This document shows positions 50,911 through 62,774 of a DNA stretch of 64,000 nucleotides, in pieces; positions within the stretch are counted from its first letter, which is position 1; every line of letters starts with the position of its first letter. The stretch covers positions 20,834,001 through 20,898,000 of the forward strand of contig NC_058368.1 of assembly GCF_018350175.1 (NCBI RefSeq). Direction: 5' to 3'. This DNA is from Felis catus. Its lineage: Eukaryota. Made by a program: the position numbers and the translations under genes. A model generated the notes under the pieces. The model had not been told where the DNA came from and made no database searches. It was given only the letters and a program-made list of their open reading frames with translations.

Positions 50911-50952
<42 letters not shown>
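50785..50952 (+). repeat. Compound microsatellite (TG)n-(TA)n-(CA)n-(TA)n-(TG)n
   Basis: Direct reading. Confidence 0.95.
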
Positions 50953-50954
<2 letters not shown>

Positions 50955-51755
50955 GAAGTACTAAGGGAGTCTCATAAGGGATATTGCACTCTCTCTTGTC
51001 TTGAGGTGAAAATCCACAATGGTGGTTCCATGATGGAACGCTTGGCAATTTGAGGTTCTGAGGGTGCAAGAGACCAGTGTTTTGTTTCCTAGGTGGAGTC
51101 TGGGGGAGCAGTACATGCGCAGATCTCTTACTTAACCTGGGTAGATGGAACAGCACTAGACTAAATGGGAAGTCCAGCAGACCTGAGCAAAAGGTCCTGA
51201 GAAAGCTTCCGTGGTGAAGAAGAGCATTCAAGAGAACTGTGCTCTCTCAGAAGGCAGTGGACCTGAAGGTCCTCACCATGGGGCAAGAGAGATACAGAAT
51301 GATCTGGTTAGACTTTACATCAGAGACTATATCAGGGAACAGAGCTCTATGAGCATATCTACCAGTGCCTAGGGACCAATATGGCTGATGATAAGGTAGG
51401 AGATGCCCCATAGATAGATGCCAAGACTAGATACCCTTCCCATTCCCTCCCCATGCCCTGATGGCTTCAGGCAACCAGAATTTTGATATAATTCTATTGA
51501 GAAGCAGGAATAAAGTCAACAAGTCAACCCTGAATTGATTTAGAAAACCCTTAAGTGAAATACAGACATAAAATGACTGAGATTAAGTGTCACCTTTCAG
51601 GAAAAGTAAAGACTTGGAGCAGACTTTTCTTTGAAGAAACTTAACTATTGTCTTATGAGAGATTCTTTATAAGACATGTATGCATCCCCTAGGGAAATGA
51701 GATGCTCTCCCTCAGAGAGAAAGGGCAGAAAAATAAATATAGAAGCATTATTACA
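50953..51755 (+). mobile_element. Possible ancient solo LTR (LTR78/LTR85-like)
   Basis: TGAATTGA...AATGACTGAGATTAAG segment, AATAAA near the end and a ...TTACA terminus. Recall-based and uncertain. Confidence 0.35.
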
Positions 51756-51924
51756 GCTAACCAGAATATTTAGGAAGAGCTCAGTTTCCTAAAATTCAAT
51801 GCACTATACTCATCCCACATTTTAGACTCCGAAATGACTATCACTGGGGAGATGAGAAGTGGCAAGTTACTTCTGTCCAGATCTTCTGCCACTGTTTAAT
51901 ATCCACATTTCAAGATATGTTTTG

Positions 51925-52030
51925 AGGTAGTATAGCACTTAGAAAATCAATTCTAGACTAAAATTGTCTGTCCAAATCCTGGCTCATCTACTTTCTAGCC
52001 ATATGATATTAAGAACTTAATCCAAACCCC
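51925..52030 (+). mobile_element. MIR 5' fragment
   Basis: GGTAGTATAGC...TCTAGACT...CAAATCCTGGCTC...CTAGCCATATGA. Confidence 0.65.
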
Positions 52031-53079
52031 ATCCTTCTTATTATAAAGAATTTTTTAAATGTATAAGCATAGATCCAGCAGTATATGATACCCATGTACC
52101 TCTCACCCACCTTCAACAATTATTAATGCAGCCAGTCTTGTTTCATTTGTATTGTAACCCACTCCCCCACCCCCTCATATTATTTTGAAGCACATCCCAG
52201 ATAATAAATTATCATATGATTTAACTCATAACATTTCAGTATGTATCTTTAAAACAAAGGGATACTTGTAAAACAGATAAAACCAGGCTACCATGATCAC
52301 TTAAAACTTTTTAAATAATTCTTTCGCATCATCAACTAAGCAACCAGTGTTTAAATTTATAATTCTCTCAAAATTTGTAATTTATATAGCGTGTTGGTTT
52401 GAATCACTTTCCAAGGCACATTGTAACTGGTTGGATATATCTAAGTCTCTTCTAATCTGTACATTCTGCTTTCATCTTTTTTTCCATGCAATTACTGGCT
52501 GAAGAAAACTGGTCGTTTGTCCTGTAGAATTTCCCACAGTCTGTATTTTGCTGATTGCATTCCTGGGTGTTGTTTAACATGGCCCTGTGTCCTCTGGGTT
52601 TCCTGTAATTAAATCTAGACGAATTCTTCATAGGTGGTGTTAGTTCTTCCAACAGGTGGCACATAATATTTGGTTGTCTCTCTTCTCGTGAAATTAGAAG
52701 CTGATTATGCACAATGTCTGGATTCATTAGAGGTTGAAAAATGGTATTATTCTAATTTTTATCTTCATGTATTAGCTGGAACACTTCTGTAGGAAGAAAC
52801 TCCCCCTGATCTACAACCAGGATACTGAAGAGTTACTATTTATTTAAGAAAGGCCAGATAAAGACTTGATTTTCAAAATAATGAGTTGGTTCCCTCCAAT
52901 AATAACCAACTGGCTGGGTTTTTGTATCACTATGAGCTCATGGATTTATATTTATTTGATGTATTTCAATACACTGTAGTTATTATCTTTGTTTATACTC
53001 AAATTATCCTTCTTTGTCCTACGGGGGCCTATTGAAGTTGGCTCCCATGTCCTTTGACATGATTGTATTATTATTTGAC

Positions 53080-53188
53080 ATGACCACTATCCCATTTTGC
53101 CTGGGACCAAGGGGGTTCCTGTGACACAAGACTTTGGGTTTTAAAGTGAGGAAAGTGATGGGCAAATTGGGATAGGTTGTTCATCCTA
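53080..53188. mobile_element. MER94-like hAT-Blackjack MITE
   Basis: Degenerate terminal inverted repeats TGACCACTATCCCATTTTGCC ... GGGCAAATTGGGATAGGTTGTTCATCCTA. Confidence 0.75.
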
Positions 53189-53242
53189 ACCTTACAAGTC
53201 TTCACTAGCTCCATTGCTGTCTGGTAAGACAAGGCATTCTAG

Positions 53243-53627
53243 AAATCTTGCCATTTGCAACAACGTGGATGGAATTAGAGTGTATTGTGCTAGGCGAAAT
53301 TAGAGAGACAAATATCATATGACTTCACTTGTATGTGGGATTTAAGATACAAAACAAATGAACAGAAGGGAACTGAAGCAAAAATAATATAAAAACAGGG
53401 AGGGGGACAAAATAAAAGAGACTCTTAAATATACAGAACAAACTGAGGGTTGCTGGAGGGGTTGTGGGTGGGAGGATGGTCCAAATGGGCAAGGGGCATT
53501 AAGGAAGACACTTGGGATGAGCACTGGGTGTTATATGTAGGGGATGAATCACTGGATTCTACTCCTGAAATCATTATTGCACTATATGCTAACTAACTTG
53601 GATTTAAATTAAAAAAAAAAAAAACTT
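53243..53627 (+). mobile_element. Carnivore/felid L1 3' end, 5'-truncated
   Basis: AAATCTTGCCATTTGCAACAACGTGGATGG...GGATGAGCACTGGGTGTT plus poly(A). 18-bp TSD with 1 mismatch at 53225-53242 and 53628-53645. Confidence 0.94.
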
Positions 53628-53744
53628 TAAGACAAGACATTCTAGGCTGATCATGTACATTTCCTGCTCCAGATGCGGAATTCAGCCATTTCTCCAAGAA
53701 TACCTGGTTTCTTTCTGTGACAAAAGGGATTTCAAGAACCCATT

Positions 53745-53915
53745 CTTCCAACTATACCTAAGCATCAATTTCTGCTTGATGCTTGATGATCTGCATGAAA
53801 TGATGATGATAATAATAACTCTTGAGTTGTCGTGAGGTTTATATGCAATAATGCTTGCAAAGCACTTACTACAGGGGCTGGGACATAGAAACTTCTTGTT
53901 AAAGACTAGCTGCCA
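53745..53915 (+). mobile_element. MIR 3' part
   Basis: GTTGTCGTGAGG...AATGCTTGCAAAGCACTTA...TGGGACATAG. Confidence 0.7.
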
Positions 53916-54837
53916 TCACAGCACTCATGCAGGTAATATGGGCAGTGGCAAGGTCTATTCGTTCAGCAAAACTCCACATCATCTCAGGGAAATATCCACA
54001 TATTTAGCAGTGAGCCATGTTAAAGAAGCACAAATGGCAGCAGGGATAGAGATTCACTGTACAATGGCTATATTTGCAATGTGTTCTGTGCAATTTATAT
54101 TTTTCAAATTCCAGCCATCAGAGCTGTCCAACATTTCAACAAAACAAGGCTATACAGCTGGACATGAGACTGCTTTGAGAAATGTTTTGAAATGTTTGGG
54201 TTTGACACCTGAGAAGCCCGTGTTTATTATAAGTTCCCTGTCCTATTGCATATTTGTGTGGCAAGGGAAAGAAATCTCATACAATAGTTGAAAAATTAGC
54301 AAAATCATGTGCATTAAAGGAGATTCCTAAAAAATAGTATTGGAAGCAGATGTAGAAAAGAATCCTCAGTAGGTCCCTGAGAAAATGATGTGATCTCTTC
54401 TAGAATTCATTAAAGAACAAGCTATAGCAGATAGCCACATTAGCCTTCTCAAAGTAGGTATTCATCTGCGTCAGCTGACATTGACAGCCGTAGTGAGCCC
54501 CTGTGTTTGTGATGTGCATAAAGGAGAAACAGATCAAAGAAGCCTTGTTCTGTGAATCATTGCAAACAACTACAAAGGAATTGATGAGTTCAGTCCTGTC
54601 AGTGCCTGCTTTTTGAAAGCATATGTTAATGCTTGACATATGTGAATCAATTTGTGTCAATAGTACCCCTGAACCAGTAAGATAAATTCAAGATCCATTG
54701 CCTTTGTAAAGGAAGTAGACCCTCTTATCATTATCACACATAATATTGCATCGGGATGCTTTTGCTACAAAGCACATCCCCCAAATAGCAAAAGCTGGTT
54801 TAAACATCATGGTGAATCAAAGACATTTTATCAGAGG

Positions 54838-55527
54838 TTGTACGCCAATTCCTCCCCAACTCCAGGTTTTGACGAAGGAATGAGAACAGGCACTCTATAT
54901 AGAAATGAAGTGGATTTTCATTGGCCACATGCTTCCTTGTTTTTTCCTCAATAAAACATGATTTTCCTAGCAATTACTTACATATAAACAAAGATGAAAG
55001 GCAATTAATACAAAAGCTGAGTAATGCGTGCATAAACCAGGCCGTACAAGGAGAGGATAATTATTAAATGTTAGATGAAAGTCCCTGGAGAAGATGATCG
55101 GAACAAGGTCTCTGACTCAGTCAGGCTTCGGCTCTGCCAACAACACCCAAGAGTCCCTTCCTGGGAAGTGAGTGGGCCAGGCCCTGAATGAGTCAGGAGA
55201 GCCCAGACTCAGGACAACACAGTCATCGGGAAGGCTTAGTGTGGGCCAGGTGCTAGACATCCAGCAGGAAAAGGAGAATAGACTATTCTGTCGTTTCTAT
55301 GCCCCTAAGGCTTCCAGATCTTAGAGTGGGCAAAGCAGAATGTACTCTGTATATGAAGAGAATGTCTGTCTAGCTGCAGGATGTGGAGGAGAGAGAGGGA
55401 TTTCATCAGCACACGGCCAAGGCAGGCCAAGTAGACAACAAGGTGGGCAAGCTCACTCAGGAGTTCGGTTCTCAGATTCCAACGTCAATACAAGGGCAGT
55501 GCCATCTTGGTGATGACAGCCTCAACT
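54838..55527 (-). mobile_element. Probable ERVL-class solo LTR (MER54/MER73/MER74-like group)
   Basis: Start TGTACGCCAATTCC...CCAGGTTTTGACGAAGGAATGA and end GCCATCTTGG...AGCCTCAAC resemble reverse-complement termini of this LTR group. Subfamily uncertain. Confidence 0.45.
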
Positions 55528-55688
55528 TACCTGCTTGAGTCACACTGCTCCAATGGGCTATTCATATCATCAATACACAAGGAAATAAGTCTGTTTATTT
55601 CAAACCAAGGAAGAAATTCAAATAAAAAAAAAACTTTAAATAGTTTATTCTCTTACATGGCAAATGCAATTAAATCCTTAATGTATTT

Positions 55689-55839
55689 GGGGTGCCTGGG
55701 TAACTCGGTCGGTTAAGCGTCTGCCTTAGGCTCAGATCATGATCTCATGGTTAGTGGGTCGGAGCCCTGCATCGGGCTCTCTGCTGTCCACACAAAGCCC
55801 ACTTTGGGTCCTCTGTCCCCCCACCTCTGTCTCTTCCCG

Positions 55840-55870
<31 letters not shown>

Positions 55871-55913
55871 ATTCTCTCTCTCTCCAAAATAAATAAATAA
55901 AAACTTAAAAAAA
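55689..55913 (+). mobile_element. Felid SINEC
   Basis: GGGGTGCCTGGGT...TCGGTTAAGCGTC head, (CT)n tract and A-tail. Confidence 0.94.
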
Positions 55914-56184
55914 TTTTCCTAAGTAAATTTAGCACACCTATATAAAGAATCAGAATGAACTCAGTAGCACAGTTGTACATGCCTATTAGGAAATTTCTAG
56001 TTTAGATAAAGCATATTGACAAAAGTAATTTCATTCTTCCCTTTTTGGGGGGGTGGTGGGGGGGAGCCTAGTAAGTGAAATAGTGAGCCCAGCAAGTGAT
56101 ATGACAATTCACTGGCATAAGATGAATAATGACTTCACCCAGGATTTTTGTATGGCAGATCCTACTCTTTGTGTTTGGCTTTTT

Positions 56185-56395
56185 TTATAAGTTTATTTAT
56201 TTATTTTGAGAGAGAGAGAGAGCACGCGCACAAGTCAGGGAAGGGAAAAGAGAGAGGGAGAGAGAGAATCCCAAGCAGGTTCTGCACTACCAGTGCAGAG
56301 CCGGATGCGAGGCTCAAACTCACAAACCGTGAGATCATGACCTGAGCTGAAACCAAGAGTCAGACGCTTAACTGACTGAGCCACCCAGGTGCCCC
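56185..56395 (-). mobile_element. Felid SINEC
   Basis: Full body. TSD TGTGTT(T/G)GGCTTTTT at 56170-56184 and 56396-56410. Confidence 0.95.
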
Positions 56396-56631
56396 TGTGT
56401 TGGGCTTTTTAATTTCTGGTTGGTAGAGTTTTTTGTTGTCTGTTTTTGTCATTAATGTATAAGGTTTTGTTTTGCTTTGCTTTTTAAACTAAGAGAATGC
56501 ATTCTGCTCGGCACCTTTTCAGCTTGGCAGAATTTATTGAAGACTCTTTCATTTCAGTTGTTTTCAAGGTTGAATAGTTAAAAACAAGATATATTTTTCA
56601 TTTTGTTGATATAATTAGAAAAATAGACACA

Positions 56632-56638
56632 TGTGTGC

Positions 56639-56679
<41 letters not shown>
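56632..56679 (+). repeat. (TG)n microsatellite
   Basis: Direct reading. Confidence 0.95.
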
Positions 56680-56680
<1 letters not shown>

Positions 56681-56928
56681 CACTTAGATCTATCTTATTA
56701 ACTATGTTATTTAGACCTGGCTTATTCTTACCTCTTTTTTCTTATAACCATGAGAGATGGGAATCAAAAACTCCTCTATCAGTAAGTTCCTTCCTAGCTC
56801 TCTTTATATTTCCAGTAGATTTTCCTTCATGTACTTTGATGCTTTGATATTTGATGCATAAATAGATTCAGAAAAATTAGAGCCTCATTAAGGATTTTAC
56901 CCTTTTCATTGTGAGATGTCCTTCTTTA

Positions 56929-57006
56929 ATTTTTTAAATTCAAATATAATTCACAGTGTTATATTAGTTTCAGGTGTACAATATAGTGATTCATCAGTGC
57001 TTATCA
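56929..57006 (-). mobile_element. 78-bp carnivore L1 3' tip
   Basis: CAGTGTTATATTAGTTTCAGGTGTACAATATAGTGATTCA is the L1 3' terminus reverse complement (compare 62230-62265). Perfect TSD AGATGTCCTTCTTTA at 56914-56928 and 57007-57021. Confidence 0.88.
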
Positions 57007-57873
57007 AGATGTCCTTCTTTATATTTAATAATTTTGTCTTAATTCACCCTGAACTAATAATAACAATATCACTACTTTTCTTGCTGCATTTACTGGGCAT
57101 GCTTTTAGCTATCTGTGTCTGAGTATAACATATATTTGGATTGTGCTTTGTGTTCTGCACTTAGAATTTTTTTTTCTTCCAATAGATTTTACATTTCTTG
57201 CCGTGAGAAAAATATTTGGCCACAGTTCGATCATCCTTAGTTGCATTTTTCCTTTATAATGTTATACAAACACAAATTAAAGACACACACACATACACAC
57301 ACACATTTATTTTCCTATATGGTCTTTGGTTTCTTTATTGAATGTGTGTTTTCATTCTGATCATTCCAAAGGTTTATAGTCTATTCTGGGATCTGTTAGT
57401 GGTTACCTTTGTAGCTTTATGTAGTGTTATCACAGTTTAAAATTCTTATATGGTATTTTATGACTCATCACTACAAACGATGAGAAAATTACCACACACA
57501 CTTACTCCATCTTGTTATCCTACCCTGCCCAATTTTGGCCCAATCTATTACCACTAATGATTCTGGCTGTTACCTTTATACTTTATACACTGACCCCTCG
57601 AGCACTTAGTTTATCATTTTAAAATGCCTGGAAATCGTGCAAACAGTGATAAAGAACCCATACTTACCCTGCTTCTTTCCCTCTCTCTACCGCTCACTTC
57701 TTGGCTTCTTGTACTAGTATTATGATTTCTTTGTTATTTTGTATTCTGTTACTGAAATGCCTACAGTTGCTTAGCCTTTATTCTACGGATTCTACGAATT
57801 GAGCGCTTACTCTCCTCACCAGCATGGCTACTCCCTTAATCTCTTGATTGGCACCTTCAGACATTTTTTTCTT

Positions 57874-58105
57874 TTTCTTTTTTTTTTTTTAATTTTTTTT
57901 TTCAACGTTTATTTATTTTTGGGACAGAGAGAGACAGAGCATGAACGGGGGAGGGGCAGAGAGAGAGGGAGACACAGAATCGGAAACAGGCTCCAGGCTC
58001 TGAGCCATCAGCCCAGAGCCTGACGCGGGGCTCGAACTCCCGGACCGCGAGATCGTGACCTGGCTGAAGTCGGACGCTTAACCGACTGCGCCACCCAGGC
58101 GCCCC
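57874..58105 (-). mobile_element. Young SINEC_Fc (downstream monomer of a tandem pair)
   Basis: Near-consensus, CpG-rich body with a long T tract. Confidence 0.97.
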
Positions 58106-58311
58106 TTTACTGTTTATTTTTTTAAAGAGAGGGAGAGCATAAGTGGGGGAGGGGCAGAGAGAGAGACAGACAGACAGACAGAATCCGAAGCAGGCTCCAG
58201 GCTCTGAGCTGTCAGCACAAGAGCCCCATGCAGGGCTCAAACTCAGGAGCTGTGAGATAATGACCTGAGCCGAAGTTGGAGGCTTAACCGACTGCGCCAC
58301 CCAGGCGCCCC
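58106..58311 (-). mobile_element. Felid SINEC, Fc2-like body (upstream monomer of the tandem pair)
   Basis: Full head and body. TSD CAGACATTTTTTTCTT at 57858-57873 and 58312-58327 flanks both monomers together. Confidence 0.95.
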
Positions 58312-60029
58312 CAGACATTTTTTTCTTAAGAAAGGACACAGAAGTTCTCTTTGCCTGGCGTGCTTGCATGCTTGGAAACATCAAATGACAATTTGACAAG
58401 AAACCAATTCTCGGGTCACACATTTTCTGAGGACATGGCAAACCTTTTTCACCATCTTCTGGAAGTTAATGTTGCTAAGAAAAAGTCTGAAACTAAAATT
58501 CATGTTTCCTCTTACGTTTTATCTTAATTAATTATTTATTTATAGGCCTAGAGTCTTTCTCTGTTTCTGAAGTTGAGTAACTTCACTAAACCATGTCTCA
58601 GGCTAATTTTGCTGATTCTTTTTTTTCTTTCTTTCTTCCTCCCCACCCCCGCCCTGGAATAGTTGGGCCTATTTCAAACTATGGATTTGGTCGTATTTAT
58701 ACTTAAATATCTGAGTATTTGTTCTGTTTCCTTTAATAGAGACACCATCCATGGGGGAGTTGAAATTTCTTTTCCTCCTGTCCATATCTATCATTTTCTC
58801 ACCAATCATTTTAAATAGTTGGTTCATTCCTATTTATTTTCCTTTACTTTTTCCAGCTCTTTTCTCTTTATCCCTGCCCTATAATCAAGCAGCATCTCTT
58901 TTTCTGTTGCTAATGTTAGTTTTCACTTTTGTAAGTACTCCTTAGTTCTTTTATCTCTTTCCAGAGCCTTACAGATTCTTTTTTCTATTTTAATTACTTT
59001 CCATTGTTTAACTATGTCTTACTTGAGCCAATATGGCTCTTCTTTGAATTATTGCTTCAGCAAAGCCATTCTAAAAAGTTTGTCATGAGAAACTATTTCT
59101 ACAATTTTTATCTACATTATGGCATAATTTTCTGGAATGTTAGTCCCCCTTTTGTCACGTCCCCTTCATTTATTTTTCTTGCACTGTATTTGCATTATGT
59201 TCCACACAAACTCCTTTCACATTATTAGTCATACTTTTACGAGATTACTCACTGATTTATGTGGACTGTTCTTTATAGGTGAACTATTTTCTAAAGGATG
59301 ATTGGCAGAGAGTACAGAGAAGTGAACTGGGTCCACCATCAGCTTGGATTTCTCTCTGCCCTGCGCTTTCGTCTCCCATTTCCGCAGGAAGTAGGGTTGG
59401 CCAGCTGTGATGGTCAACATGGCGGCATTCAGCATTTACCTCCCTTCAGCTTCAAGGCCACGCCCACTCTTTTACTCTCCTTTTGAGTAAAGATGGCATG
59501 TCTCCTCCTTTCCTCCTTGAGCTCTGCGTCCTCTCACAAGGCTCAGGATGCCCCCGCCCGAGTTTGCCTTCCCACCGAGACCTTGCTGTTCACTGAAGCC
59601 AATGGTTTCTTTCCTTGGTATGCTCAGCCCATTTCAGGCAGGCTCTGTGTTACCTGAGTGCTGAGAGTCGTGCTTTTGCTTTCAGCCTCCTCTTTTAATC
59701 AAGCCCAACCTGACTGTGTTAATCAGGATTTGGGCCGTTTTCAAGTTTTATGTATATTTTCTTTTCCAATTTCCAAAAACGATTTTAGTTGTTTTCAATA
59801 GATTTCAAAAAGCAGAGTGAGGCCAGATGCCTTGACTCTGCCATCTCACTGGTGACCTTGATGTAGCCGAGGAATGATACTGGATCTATTTCTTCTACAA
59901 TTGGATTTCATAAATAATATGATCTGATGAAAGATGATATCATGGAAAGATGGGTCATGGCTGAATGCAAATGGAGTTTCAGACAATAAAGTTTGAGAAT
60001 ATCCAGTGTGTTCAAACCAGTGCCATTTC

Positions 60030-60200
60030 CACATCTGGCTTAAAGTGGTCCCTTAGGAAGATCAACCTGGCAGGGTTCTTCAGGCCGGTCAGGCTGAGCT
60101 GGGGGAGGTGGGAGAGCTTTAGGAAAGATCAGCCTGGCAGCTGTTACAGGGATCTGGGCATGGTCATGACTAAACCTCAAGATATGTTCACGCTATAAGG
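60030..60200 (-). mobile_element. L2 fragment
   Basis: TTAGGAAGATCAACCTGGCAG...GCTGTTACAGGGATCTGGGCATG. Confidence 0.5.
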
Positions 60201-60689
60201 GAACTGATTAACGGAAGTAGCGTTAGAATACTCAGGATGTGATTCTTCTAAGTCCTTTTGAAACTCATTGCTCTTGTGTTTCAAGAGAACTTGAACTACG
60301 GAGAATGTGGTTTTTCAGATTACCCAGTATTCCTTTTGTCAGGATCCACAGGAAAATATCTCTCAGATCGTGCATCTCCAAGCAATTTTATTGTGTATTA
60401 TCAACTTGGGGTCCTCTTTGTAGAGCCTACTAGAAAACACTGAAGTTAAGATATGGCTCTTGGGAAAAAGGCATATGCACATCACAGCTGGCATTCTGTT
60501 CCCTCATCCAACCTTGGTTGTCTCCTCCCTTTCTTACTTGTATTCACCCTTTGCCATATTTTCTCAATTACACTGGAATTACTGTGTCACTATCCCATCT
60601 TATCTTTGAAAGATTATTTAAATATTTTTTTGTAGGGACATAGAGAACAAGAAAAATGGGATTTAAAAGGAAAGAACATAATTCAAGCA

Positions 60690-60950
60690 AGTCAACTCTA
60701 AGAAGACATTTTGGAGACAATTGGGGAACCTGGAAAATGGAAATTATAGTAGGGAGTTTTATTAATTTTGTACATAAGATAATGGTATTGTGGTTATTTT
60801 TTAAGTCCTTAGTTAGCAATACATGATGAGCTATTTATAACTGAAACGTATATGTGTCTGTGATTTGCTTCAATTAACTCCAGAAAAAAAATAGCAGATG
60901 GGAATTAGGAGAGAAAGCATAAAAGCAATTTTTTAATGTAAAAACTGAAG
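60690..60950 (+). mobile_element. L1MC/L1ME 3' fragment
   Basis: AAGACATTTTGGAGACAATTGGGGAA...GATAATGGTATTGTGGTTAT...TGTCTGTGATTTGCTTCAA. Confidence 0.7.
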
Positions 60951-60989
60951 ATAATACTACTTCTAACAGCGATAATATATTTGAAAAGA

Positions 60990-62298
60990 ATAAAAGTGGA
61001 CCACTTTCTTATATCATACACAAAAATAAACTCAAAATGGATTAAAAACCTACATGTGAGATCTGAAACCATAAAATACTTAGGGGAAAACAGGCAGCAA
61101 TCTTTTTGATATCAGCTAGAGCAACAGGTTTCTGGATACATCTGCTTACACAAGGAAAACAAGAACAAAAATAAACTATTGGAACTATACCAAAATTAAA
61201 AGCTTTCACACAGAAAAAAAAAATCAACAAAACAAAAAGGCAACCTACTGAATGGGAGAAGATATTTGCAAATATATCAGATAAGGGTATAATATCCAAA
61301 ATTTATAATGAACTTATACAACTCAACACCAAAAATACAAATAATCTGATTTAAATGGATGGAGAACCTGAACAGACTTTCTCTAAAGAAGACATCCAGA
61401 TGCCAAATAGATACATGAAAAGATGGTCAACATCACTCATCATCAGGGAGATACAATGAGGTATCGCCACATACCTATCAGAATGGCTAACATAAAAAGA
61501 CAAGAAATAACAAGTATTGTCAAGGATGTGGAGGAAAAGGAATTTTCATGCACTGTTGGTGGGAACATAGTGGTTCAGCCACTGTCGAAAAGAGTATAGA
61601 GGTTCCTCAAAAAATTAAAAATGGAAATACCATATGATTCAGTAATTACTCCTGGGTATTTATTTACCCAAAGAAAGTAAAACAGTAATTTGAAAAGATA
61701 TGTGCACCCCTACGTTTACTGAAGCATTATGTACAGTAACAATAGCCAAAATAAGGAAGTAATCCAAGTATCCAGCAATAGATGAATGAATAAAGGAGAT
61801 GTAGTATACATGTGATGGAATATTACTCAGTCATAAAAAAAAAAGATCAGATCTTGCTATTTGGGACAATATGGATGGACCTAGAGGGTATTAGGCTAAG
61901 TTAAATAAGTCAGACGGAGAAAGATAAATACCATATGATTTCACTTATATGTAGAACCTAAAAAACAAAACAAACAAGCAAGCAGACAAAAAGCAGAAAC
62001 AGACCCATAAATACAGAAAAGAAACTGTTGGTTGCCAGGGCGGAGGGGGGTGGAGGATGGGCAGAAGGGGTAAAGAGGAGTGGAAGACACAAGCTTCCAG
62101 TTATGGCATCCAAAAGTCATTGGGATAAAAGATACCACACAGGGAGCACAGTCAAAGGTATTGTAATAGTGCTCTATGGTGACAGATGGTGGGTACACTT
62201 GTGAGAACAGCATAACATATAGACTGGTTGAATCACTATGTTAGATGCCTGAAATTAATGTAACACTGTGTGTCAAGTATATTTCAATAAATAAATAA
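60990..62298 (+). mobile_element. Carnivore L1 (L1_Carn/L1MA9-like), ORF2 C-terminus and 3'UTR
   Basis: AAAATAAACTCAAAATGGATTAAA, GAATGGGAGAAGATATTTGCAAAT and AAAGAAGACATCCAGATG motifs. Terminus CCTGAAATTAATGTAACACTGTGTGTCAA...AATAAA. Confidence 0.92.
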
Positions 62299-62774
62299 GT
62301 ATTGTAATTGAGAAAAGGCATAGAAGTTCTCAGAAAGTCAGAGTGCACTGCTCCTAAACTGATTTGGGGGGATGCAATTAAACTCAGTTTATGCATGAAC
62401 GGTCTGTTTGCATTTGAGAAAAAATGCATTTGAATCATGTAATGTTTACAGAAGTTAACAGAGGGCCCTAAATTTTAGATTTCAGTGAGGAAAACTGAAA
62501 GGAAAGGAACAGATATTTATTAAGCACTTTATTCTAGGCGCTGTGCTCAGGGCCTTCACATGTATTGTCTAAGTGTTCCTACCAACCTGGTTAGAAGAAT
62601 GTTCCTTCCTCCCTTTCTATTTTTTCTCCTCTCGTCTTCCTGAATGATGGATGGGAGCGGTGTGGTTCACTGAATTTGGAGGTTTATAATCCTGTCTCCC
62701 TGGGACGTGTGAAGAAATGCCGGGCTCCTGTTCTGACCTGTTAGAAGCCATGATGGTTGGCCCCAGCCCCAATA

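Larger units (their letters stand above)
52045..53735 (-). mobile_element. L1MC4/5-like 3' region hosting MER94 and a young L1
   Basis: ACCCATGTACC...CTTCAACAATTATTAA, GAAGAAAACTGGTCGTTTGTCCTGTAGAATTTCCCACAGTCTG and AGCCATTTCTCCAAG motifs. Confidence 0.8.
56685..59800 (-). mobile_element. Very old L1 (ORF2 EN to ORF1 and 5' region), highly decayed
   Basis: T-rich plus strand with L1 reverse motifs (TTTGATGCATAAATAG, CATCTTCTGG...TGTTGCTAAGAAAAAGTCTGA, AACTTCACTAAACCATGTCT). Boundaries approximate. Confidence 0.55.

Noticed and set aside
50488..51231. Longest ORF in the track (247 aa, minus strand)
   Set aside because: It stays open because it runs through a stop-free microsatellite (HTHT/YIYI). 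It has no recognisable domain.
57799..58441. 179-aa and 74-aa ORFs
   Set aside because: Read-through of the two SINE monomers.
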